DNA of 64,000 nucleotides from Escherichia coli (GTDB lineage Bacteria > Pseudomonadota > Gammaproteobacteria > Enterobacterales > Enterobacteriaceae). The stretch lies in assembly GCF_030384885.1 (NCBI RefSeq), contig NZ_CP128613.1; one strand, written 5' to 3'. Numbering within the stretch: position 1 is the first letter of the stretch; every line of letters begins with the position of its first letter. Position numbers and translations under genes: made by a program. The notes below the pieces were generated by a model. That model was not told the origin of the DNA, ran no database searches, and saw nothing but the letters and a program-made list of their open reading frames with translations. Shown here piece after piece: positions 23,374 through 32,400 of this stretch.

Positions 23374-25626
23374 TTACAAATAGAAATAGTTCGGCGGTTC
23401 TCCTGTTTTCCCTAAAAGAAGAGCGCTGCGCCCAGGAATATTGATATTTAGAGCTCCGCCTCTAAGCGTAAATACTTTACCTGGGGGAATACTTTTGCGT
23501 GTATTATTATTATTAATGGTAACGCTATTACTCCCCATGTTTTTATATATTCCTGGTTGCAATTTGTTAGGCCAGGTACCTTCAACTTCTTCGTTTCCTT
23601 TATTTATTATAACTAGTCCATCATGAGGAGAGTGATTAATGTTCACAGAATCCCCACGACTAAAGGCCAGAACATTTTTAGTTGCAAATACACCCTCAAA
23701 TGCGCTCCATATTCCTTCTTTATCTATATATAATGCGTGGAATTCATTGTAGAGCTGCTGATAGGTAGAGCAACCTTTATTAAGCCACGCCTCACCGCCG
23801 ACACGAGTGGACCCATCATCATTTTTAATCTCAGTCGTTGATTTTAATACCTGACCATCCCAGTAAACTAAAGGCCTGCTGAACGGGAGAGCGGCCATAT
23901 ATGCCATTGCTAATTGTTCATCTTGCTGATGGTTAAATAAAAAGTCATTGAAAAGATTACCATTGTTAGGGAAATCGTGGTTGATGTTAATCAATATCCG
24001 TCTTTCTGATGGGATGCTTGAGATTGCGGAACCCGGTTTTGATGCAAGGGTTTGGAGATCTCCACCGAATGAAAAGGCTTTTATCGTCTTCATGAGCAAT
24101 GAAAAATCAATGGCGCTTAAATCATCTCTTTCATAAAGCAGCGATGACATTTGTTGTTCATCTAACGGACAAGTTACCAGGTATTCCATGTAATTCATAA
24201 CAGCTTTTTTTTGATATTTTGGATTAAATAAATTTGTATTGTGCAACCGCTCATTATAATTTTTAAGCGGTGGGGTTATCGACCTCTCTATTTGTTCATG
24301 TTTTGAGTGTTTTGCTGCATCATAACGTAAACCTCGTACGCCATATTTTCGCATTTCACGAACGTATTGATTTTGCAACATAATAACCTGGTCACTTTTG
24401 GGTGTTGTTTTAGGCATTCCATTTAAACGCTTTTCTTTTAATGCATGGAGGTTTTCCCATTCATCCTTAGAAATATTATCTTTACTTGCTTCGAAGTCTT
24501 TTGCAGTGAGATGTATATCTTCTGGATGGATTTGGTCACGTTCTTTTGTTACTGGATCTATAATAAAGGGAATCAAGACCTGACCTTGCCAATAGCCAGG
24601 GATACCACTTTCTATATCTTTACTAATCTTCGCTCGTATATCGGCAGAGGGATAATCCAGATCATTTTTACCACTTCCTCCGATCCCCATAAAGTTAAAT
24701 GTATAATCAGGAATGATATCGATGCCAAATTTTTTGGCATCTTTAACCAATGCGATAAAATCCTGCAAATCTCCCATTGGATTATGGATGGTACAAAGAT
24801 CTTCGGGTTGATAAGCGTGATACCAGTAACCTTTTTCTTCTTCAGGTGTTTCTGGTCCGTCGGCGCGGAAAGTTGTTACGGGAGGGATTTGTATATAACC
24901 ATAATGGCAACGTGCAAACTCGGCCATATTTTTCCTGATTTGCTGGTAGGTGGCATTAAAAGCATGAAGAATCGCCTCGCCAGGTTTTTTGGGTGTGATG
25001 ATTTCACATTGTGATTTCTGATCAGCAGTAAGAGATTTACGCTCAAGTGTTTGCCGTAGATGTTCTGGATTGATTAATATTTTAAATGTTTCTTGCTGGC
25101 CGGAAGGTGACGTTACGTTAATATTATATACATCAGCTGCCAGTTCATAGTCAGGAATGTTAATAGCATATGCAACATACTTATCTTTTGGAGACGGTTT
25201 GTCAGATATAATGTGAGTGAAATGTTCAGCTGGACCATACTGATGAACACCGCTGTTATCACCTCTTTCAATCATTGTATCTCGTTGATAAACCCATGTT
25301 TTTCCTTCTCCTATCCTGTCTGGCGCTGTAATGCTACGCTGTGCTGCTTTATTCAACTCTCGGTAAGTTGTATCTGGAAAAAGGGAAATTTTATAATCGT
25401 TTTTTAACAGATCATTAATGACTTTTTCTGCGTGAAAAGTTGATATAATTTCTCTGTCTTTTAAATCCTGAGGATAAACTCCACAAGAATTAATAATATT
25501 TGTTATACAGTTTAGATATTCTAATGTATTTAATTTGGAATTTAGAACCCCGTCAGTAATGTTCCATGATAACAATGTGGGGTTGTCGATAGGTAAATTT
25601 CTTGGTCCTGGTTTTATAGAAAACAT
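23374..25626 (-). CDS. ygaQ: YgaQ-like alpha-amylase (GH13)-family protein, intact 750 aa
   Basis: 750-aa ORF in a strongly AT-rich tract. GH13 region-II-like motif GVRGLRYDAAKH (nucleophile Asp) and IDIIPDYTFNFMG (region I-like). No obvious signal peptide. This locus is recalled as a pseudogene in K-12. Confidence 0.65.
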   Translation of the reverse strand: MFSIKPGPRNLPIDNPTLLSWNITDGVLNSKLNTLEYLNCITNIINSCGVYPQDLKDREIISTFHAEKVINDLLKNDYKISLFPDTTYRELNKAAQRSITAPDRIGEGKTWVYQRDTMIERGDNSGVHQYGPAEHFTHIISDKPSPKDKYVAYAINIPDYELAADVYNINVTSPSGQQETFKILINPEHLRQTLERKSLTADQKSQCEIITPKKPGEAILHAFNATYQQIRKNMAEFARCHYGYIQIPPVTTFRADGPETPEEEKGYWYHAYQPEDLCTIHNPMGDLQDFIALVKDAKKFGIDIIPDYTFNFMGIGGSGKNDLDYPSADIRAKISKDIESGIPGYWQGQVLIPFIIDPVTKERDQIHPEDIHLTAKDFEASKDNISKDEWENLHALKEKRLNGMPKTTPKSDQVIMLQNQYVREMRKYGVRGLRYDAAKHSKHEQIERSITPPLKNYNERLHNTNLFNPKYQKKAVMNYMEYLVTCPLDEQQMSSLLYERDDLSAIDFSLLMKTIKAFSFGGDLQTLASKPGSAISSIPSERRILININHDFPNNGNLFNDFLFNHQQDEQLAMAYMAALPFSRPLVYWDGQVLKSTTEIKNDDGSTRVGGEAWLNKGCSTYQQLYNEFHALYIDKEGIWSAFEGVFATKNVLAFSRGDSVNINHSPHDGLVIINKGNEEVEGTWPNKLQPGIYKNMGSNSVTINNNNTRKSIPPGKVFTLRGGALNINIPGRSALLLGKTGEPPNYFYL

Positions 25627-26187
25627 AATAAAGTTCCTCTAATGGTAGAGTAATATGGTGTATACGGAAACATAAAAATGTTTAATTGTTGTGAAAGTAA
25701 TTGCAAACAGATGTCCTACTTTTATCCAATATTTATATGGAAAAGGATAATGCTTAAATCTGTTTTTTTTAATTATCGATGTGGTCTGGAGAGGCAACTG
25801 TCAAAAATCGCTCATACGAAACTAATGATTAGCAGAATAAGATCTATGAAAGAATATATTGCTATATGAAGTTTATTTTTATGGGGTGAAAAGTAACAGA
25901 TATCATAATGATGCGAAAACTCTTCAGTTAATGTAATAAACTTATATTATTAGATACAAAATCATTACAAAGTATCATTGAATCGATGATAACTATAGAT
26001 TGTGCTAATTATTAACATTTGCTTGTTGACTGCGAGTATCGACTTTGCGAATGGAGGTGGTGTCGGGTTTTATGTCGCAGGTATTGACGACCCAGGATGG
26101 ATGAGAACGCATAAAAAATCTGTTATTTACATCATAAGATCATCATGTTTATTGCGTGATTTATAAGTATTGTTATTGCATACTCAA

Positions 26188-26263
26188 GGCCCTTTAGCTC
26201 AGTGGTTAGAGCAGACGACTCATAATCGCCTGGTCGCTGGTTCAAGTCCAGCAAGGGCCACCA
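26188..26263 (+). tRNA. ileY: tRNA-Ile2 (anticodon CAU, lysidine-modified)
   Basis: 76 nt ggcccttTAGCTCAGTGGTtAGAGCagacgaCTCATAAtcgcctggtcgctGGTTCAAGTCCagcaagggccACCA. Cloverleaf with 7-bp acceptor stem (ggccctt/aagggcc), CAT anticodon, encoded CCA. Confidence 0.95.
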
Positions 26264-27019
26264 AATCATTATTCACGTATCAGGAAGAGTTAAGGTTACA
26301 AGGGGGACTCGATGGCGGTCAATATTTCACGACTAACGCCATTTTAAAGAAGCAATGCGGTAGGTGGTTTCGAATGAGGGCTGGTGTTTTGGTACGTGGC
26401 ACGCCACTGCAATGTATTTATCCATCAGTACTCATTCAAAAGTACCTGGAAAAAATGCCCGCTATGCCAAGCGGGCAAATTGCTTACATGTGGAATTAAG
26501 TAATTAACGATAAAGCCAGAGTATTATCATTTATCATGCATCTTCATTTAATCAGGTTAATTACTCAAATCACTGAACTATTCTCTGTTCGCTCACTGAT
26601 GATAAGTGAAGTGTCACAACCACGATTTGTATGTGGACCAATGCCGTAGAGTAAGGATGAAATGTCTCTGCCACGCCTTAAACATCTACTACTGACTAGA
26701 ACCGCCGTCGAATGCAGAAGAGTCTTGTGAGCGTTACAGGAGTCTGGCTTTGGTCATTAATCAACGCTATTTAGATATAAATTTCTAACACTCAAAAAAC
26801 GATTCTCACGAATAAATTATAACGGGTGGTTTTTATCATACAGTGAAATAACCTTTTGCTTATTAAATTTAACATTCTTGTGCTAAATTAATTAAAAGTA
26901 CCATGTATAGCATATGAAGCTGTTAATGCCAGCAATTGTCTCAAATGAGCGATTTTTTATAGTGACAAACAATAATAACATTAAAAATAGCCATGTAGAC
27001 ATTAACTGAGGAATAGACA

Positions 27020-28456
27020 ATGTTAGTTAGTAAAAGCAACGAAATTAACACTAGCACATTTATAAATAGTGGAAATTGTAATGAAAGAAAATCTTCTAAA
27101 TCCATGGAGTTACTAGCTTATAGTATTATAAAATTAATTTGTAAAGAAGCTGCCTCAGGGACGTATAACGGTGCTCTTGAAATTTTACAAAAAATGATGT
27201 CTGAATGTAAATATCATGAAGGCAATGCTTTTGTCATTATGGGAGCCGGAGAACAATTAAAACGTATTAAATATGATGCTAATGAAAATAAATTAAAAGT
27301 ATACAACGTACACTTTGATAATAATCAAGAGTTAGTTGCTGATGGTGAGCCTGACGTCGTATGTTTAAAAAAAACGGTGTGGGAAGACCTTCTCGTTAAA
27401 CTAAAGCTGGAGAACAAAGAAAATGCGGTTTCTGAAATTAACCTGTCATCTAATAAAAATAATGTTGATCAGTTTATTGAATGCGCTAAGAGAAATGAAC
27501 AGACCCTATTCGACAATATAAGAAAAAGTGATTTTCATGTTGCTTCACTTCAGCCAGGTAGAACGCGTAGTGTTATTTCAGAAACGCCGCCAAATGACTG
27601 TATGGAATCACATAATTTATATGAAAACCACACAGATAAGGTTGCAACTGTAACTAAAAATTCTCAGCAAGTTAAAGGTCACTATGGAGATAAGTTGAAA
27701 GAAATGCAGTTGTTCCTCAACCAGATGAGCAATGCACTTCAACAGGATTCATCTTTGTTAGAGTCAAAGGAACACACCATAGATATTCAAGAAAAAACGA
27801 ATAAGTTTGTGCAGCATTTTCAGCGGGTATTATTTGATAAAAATGGAAGGTCATCAGAGTTTCTACTTAATTTTTATGAGTGTTGCTATAAGTTTTTACC
27901 AAGAGCGCAGCCTCAAGATAAAATCGATAGCTATAATTCAGCACTGCAAGCTTTTTCCATATTTTGTTCATCTACGTTGACACATAATAATGTAGGGTTT
28001 AATTTCAAATTATTTCCAGAAGTCAAGCTGTCTGGAGGAGATCTTGAAACGGTATTCAAATACAAAAATGGCAATTTTGTCTGGGAGATAGCCAGAATTA
28101 AAATTACTCTCCCAAAAGAAGAGGGGGGGGTATATAATTTAGGTGGATTGGACTTTAAGGGGTGCTTCTTTTCTGGACAGAACTTCAGTAACTATGATAT
28201 TAAATATGTGAACTGGGGGACGTCATTGTTTGATGTTGATACTCCGTGTATTTTTAATACGCCTGCTAACAATGAGAGTTATGAAAAATCATTAAAGCCT
28301 GTGAGCGAAAACGGTTTAAATGGAGTCTTATCTGATCGTAATAAAAAAATAAAAATGATCACGGGCGTGTCACCATTCGATGGTATTTCATCTATGGATG
28401 ATGACTTTGATGATAGTTCCTCTGAGGATGAGCCCGTTGAGAATAGTCTGTTGTGA
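27020..28456 (+). CDS. ypjC: YpjC-like hypothetical protein (478 aa) with a pentapeptide-repeat-like segment and acidic Ser/Asp tail
   Basis: ORF with GAGGA SD; very AT-rich. C-terminal third contains GGLDFKGCFFSGQNFSNYDIKYVNWGTSLFD (pentapeptide-like) and ends DDDFDDSSSEDEPVENSLL. Position next to ileY matches my recollection of ypjC. Confidence 0.55.
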   Translation: MLVSKSNEINTSTFINSGNCNERKSSKSMELLAYSIIKLICKEAASGTYNGALEILQKMMSECKYHEGNAFVIMGAGEQLKRIKYDANENKLKVYNVHFDNNQELVADGEPDVVCLKKTVWEDLLVKLKLENKENAVSEINLSSNKNNVDQFIECAKRNEQTLFDNIRKSDFHVASLQPGRTRSVISETPPNDCMESHNLYENHTDKVATVTKNSQQVKGHYGDKLKEMQLFLNQMSNALQQDSSLLESKEHTIDIQEKTNKFVQHFQRVLFDKNGRSSEFLLNFYECCYKFLPRAQPQDKIDSYNSALQAFSIFCSSTLTHNNVGFNFKLFPEVKLSGGDLETVFKYKNGNFVWEIARIKITLPKEEGGVYNLGGLDFKGCFFSGQNFSNYDIKYVNWGTSLFDVDTPCIFNTPANNESYEKSLKPVSENGLNGVLSDRNKKIKMITGVSPFDGISSMDDDFDDSSSEDEPVENSLL

Positions 28457-28590
28457 CTAGGCCCCTTGTATAAAGTTCTAAAAGCAGTTTTCAATGATAA
28501 ATAAATGGCGATTTTTACAAAGAGATAATAACGTAGATTGAAATAATATGTATTATTGATTGAGTAAACGGGATTATTCTTCACACTGCA

Positions 28591-28690
28591 TCCATTTTGC
28601 TGTCACTACCAAAGTAAAAGGGGCTATGATTTCACGTAACCCCTTGATTTATTTGATGAGTTGGCGGTGTCTGAACTGGTGCTGTAATTG
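28591..28690. repeat. Relic prophage right end plus degenerate tmRNA 3'-end (old att site), paralogous to 48436-48525
   Basis: ccattttgctgtcactaccaaagtaaaaggggctatgatttcacgtaaccccttgatttatttgatgagttggcggtgtctgaactggtgctg aligns with ccattttgccgccactaccaaagaaaaaggggctacgctttcacgtaaccccttgatttatttggtggagctggcgggagttgaacccgcg next to the real ssrA. Confidence 0.7.
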
Positions 28691-28789
28691 GTTGAAATAT
28701 TTCATCTAATGTCTGGTTCAACTTTCCTTAGCTGCCTGAAAGTTTTTTTGATATTACCCATCAATAATAGGGTTACGGTGTACCACGCC

Positions 28790-29070
28790 TGACTGATGAA
28801 CTGCGTGCTCAGAGTTACCACTTCAGCGCATAACCGTGGCAGCAGGCCCGGACAGAACAAACGGCTCAGGACATTATCGGTAGGGGACGTACTGGTAGTC
28901 TGTAAACTAAACCGACTGGGGCGCAGTATGCGGCATCTTGCCGTGCTGTTGGAGGAGCTGTGAGAACGTGGTATTAACTTTCGTGCTCTGACTCTACCAA
29001 TATTTGCCCAACAATCGGTGGACGAAAGCTGTAAAAGTAAAACAATCTGCAATCTCAATATTATTGCGTG
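28790..29070 (+). pseudogene. pinH: Serine recombinase (Pin/Hin-family DNA invertase) pseudogene fragment
   Basis: Plus-strand translation gives ...RPGQNKRLRTLSVGDVLVVCKLNRLGRSMRHLAVLLEEL*ERGINFRALT..., matching the resolvase/invertase N-domain (GDTLVVWKLDRLGRS...ELRERGINFRSLT). It has an in-frame stop, an upstream frameshift and no C-terminal HTH. Confidence 0.8.
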
Positions 29071-29410
29071 ATTTTTATGTGAGCAGAAGATATTCATCAG
29101 AAACGATTATGTAAATCATTTTATTTTTCCGACGGCTTCAATGTCGAAAGAAAAGAATACGCCCGTATTTCCTGAATAGATTGACTTTTTTATCCAACCA
29201 CACTTCAGCTCACTGTGTTTAAAAAATGCCTCTTTCTTATGCGGAATATCATCATTTCATCATGATGTCTTTGATGAGCGGTGAACACAATACACTTGCG
29301 CTGTCTCTTCAGGATGAATCCCCTTGGTCTGGTGCCTGTGGGCTGATGTTGCAGCAGAGCTAAGGTTGCTTAAACGCTACTCAGTATTCACTTTTCAGAG
29401 GATGAAATTT

Positions 29411-32400
29411 ATGAACAGGACCAGTCCCTATTATTTTCGCCGCTCAGTACTTTCCTTATTGATATCTGCTTTGATATATGCCCCACCAGGGATGGCAGCT
29501 TTTACTTCAACCGTTATTGGCGTGGTAAACGATGAGACTGTAGATGGCGTCCAAAGAGTGGATGAACGAGGTACAACAAATAACACTCATATTATCAACC
29601 ACGGTTATCAGGATGTTTATGGCGGGGTATCTAATGGAAGTATTATTGAATCTGGTGGATATCAAGATGTAGGAGGTCATTACAATTTTGTGGGGCAGGC
29701 TAATAATACAACCATTAACGGGGGCAGACAGACAATTCATGACGGGGGTATTTCCACAGGTACGATAATCGAGAGTGGCAATCAGGACGTTTATACGGGT
29801 GGTATCAGCAATGGAACGACAATTAAGGGGGGTAATTCACACATAAGTGGGGGGACTGCGAATGGAACAATCATTGATGGTGGCAGCCAACGAGTAACAA
29901 CTCAGGGGCATGTCGACAGTACAACAATAAATAAGTCTGGCTCTCAGGACATCACGCAAGGAAGTCTGGCAACGAACACAACCATAAATGGTGGTCGACA
30001 GTATGTTGAACAGAGCACAGTAGAAACAACCACCATTAAAAATGGCGGTGAGCAAAGAGTATATGAAAACCATGCGCTGGACACGACGATTGAAGGTGGA
30101 ACTCAGTCTTTGAATAATAAGTCAACGGCAAAATATACTCAGATCTATTCTGGAGGTACTCAAATTGTTGATTACACCAGCACCTCGGATGTTATTGAAA
30201 TTTATTCCGGTGGCGTGCTTGATGTTAGTGGTGGTACGGCAACAAATGTTACCCAGCACGATGGTGCAATTTTAAAAACAAACACTAACGGTACGACGGT
30301 GAGCGGTACGAATAGTGAAGGGGCATTCTCTATTCACAATAACGTGGCAGACAATGTGTTGCTGGAAAACGGTGGTCATTTAGACGTATATGGTTCGGCA
30401 AACAAGACAATTATTAAAGATAACGGAACAATGTCAGTTTTAGCGAATGCTAAAGCTGATGCGACCCGAATAGATAATGGCGGCGTTATGGATGTTGCCG
30501 GAAACGCGACAAATACCATAATTAATGGTGGCACACAGAATATAAATAATCATGGTATTGCCACGGGAACCAATATCAACAGCGGAACACAAAATATCAA
30601 GAGCGGCGGGAAAGCTGACACGACAAATATCTCCTCCGGGAGCCGGCAGGTTGTTGAGAAAGATGGTACGGCAACTGGCAGCAATATTAGTGCCGGAGGC
30701 TCGCTGATTGTCTATACCGGTGGTATCGCACATGGGGTTAACCAGGAGACGGGTAGTGCTTTAGTTGCCAACACGGGCGCAGGGACTGATATTGAAGGAT
30801 ACAACAAGCTCTCTCACTTCACTATTACCGGAGGGGAGGCTAATTATGTTGTGCTGGAAAATACCGGCGAACTGACGGTAGTGGCTAAAACCACGGCGAA
30901 AAATACTACCGTTGATGCTGGCGGTAAGCTGATTGTCCAGAAGGAGGCTAAAACAGATAGCACCAGACTTAATAATGGTGGCGTTCTGGAGGTTCAGGAC
31001 GGTGGTGAGGCTAAGCATGTTGAGCAACAATCCGGCGGCGCATTAATTGCTTCCACGACTTCCGGAACACTTATCGAAGGAACTAACAGTTATGGTGATG
31101 CTTTCTACATCAGGAATTCAGAAGCTAAAAATGTAGTGCTGGAAAACGCTGGCTCATTAACAGTCGTTACTGGTTCCCGGGCAGTTGATACGATTATTAA
31201 TGCCAACGGCAAAATGGATGTTTATGGAAAAGATGTTGGCACTGTACTCAATAGTGCGGGCACCCAAACAATATATGCCAGTGCCACTTCTGATAAAGCA
31301 AATATCAAAGGTGGCAAGCAAACGGTATATGGTTTAGCCACTGAGGCAAATATCGAAAGTGGTGAACAAATTGTTGATGGTGGGTCAACAGATAAAACGC
31401 ACCTCAAAGGCGGCACGCAAACCGTTCAGAATTATGGTAAGGCGATCAATACCGATATCGTCTCTGGCCTACAACAAATTATGGCAAACGGGACAACGGA
31501 AGGTTCCATTATTAATGGCGGTTCACAGGTAGTTAATGAGGGCGGTCTGGCTGAAAACTCGGTACTTAATGACGGCGGCACACTCGATGTGCGGGAGAAA
31601 GGCAGCGCTACGGGGATACAGCAGAGTAGCCAGGGCGCGCTGGTGGCAACCACCAGGGCGACGCGGGTCACAGGGACACGCGCTGATGGCGTCGCGTTCA
31701 GCATCGAGCAGGATGCGGCGAACAATATCCTGCTGGCAAATGGCGGCGTGTTAACCGTGGAGTCAGACACCACTTCCGCCAAAACACAGGTCAATGCGGG
31801 CGGACGGGAGATCGTCAAAACAAAAGCCACTGCGACTGGCACGATGCTTACCGGCGGTGAACAAATCGTCGAGGGTGTGGCGAATGAGACAACGATTAAC
31901 GACGGCGGAATACAAACAGTTTCGGCTAACGGTGAGGCAGTAAAAACAACGATTAATGAAGGCGGTACGCTGACAGTCAACGATAATGGCAAAGCGACAG
32001 ATATCATCCAGAACAGCGGTGCCGCTCTCCAGACGAGCACGGCTAACGGTATTGAAATCAGCGGTACTCACCAGTACGGCACCTTTTCCATTGCCGGAAA
32101 TTTAGCGACCAATGCGTTGCTGGAAAATGGCGGTAATTTATTGGTATTAGCAGGTACCGAAGCTCGCGATTCCACGGTTGGCAACGGTGGGGCAATGCAA
32201 AACCTGGGTCAGGACTTCGCCACAAAGGTTAATTCCGGTGGGCAATATACCCTTGGTCGGTCAAAAGATGAGTTTCAGGCTCTGGCCCGGGCAGAAGATC
32301 TACAGGTCGCTGGCGGGACGGCAATCGTCTACGCAGGTACGCTGGCGGATGCATCGGTCAGTGGCGCGACAGGAAGCCTGTCGTTAATGACGCCACGGGA

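Noticed and set aside
26170-26499. 109-aa plus-strand ORF starting at TTG
   Set aside because: Its first 30 codons are simply the tRNA-Ile2 gene read as protein, so it is not a CDS.
28702-29097. 131-aa minus-strand ORF
   Set aside because: It is antisense to the clearly recognisable pin invertase remnant on the plus strand, with no independent support.
29226-29363. 45-aa ORF (MPLSYAEYHHFIMMSLMSGEHNTLALSLQDESPWSGACGLMLQQS) upstream of ypjA
   Set aside because: It has no SD and no recognisable similarity, and it overlaps the spurious 5' extension of the ypjA ORF. It is probably non-coding or debris.
31432-32040. 202-aa and other 60-110-aa ORFs antisense to or out of frame with ypjA (for example 30440-30733, 31763-32071, 32893-33231)
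   Set aside because: They are typical shadow ORFs in a long repetitive GC-balanced gene. They have no SD or start context, and their translations are low complexity.
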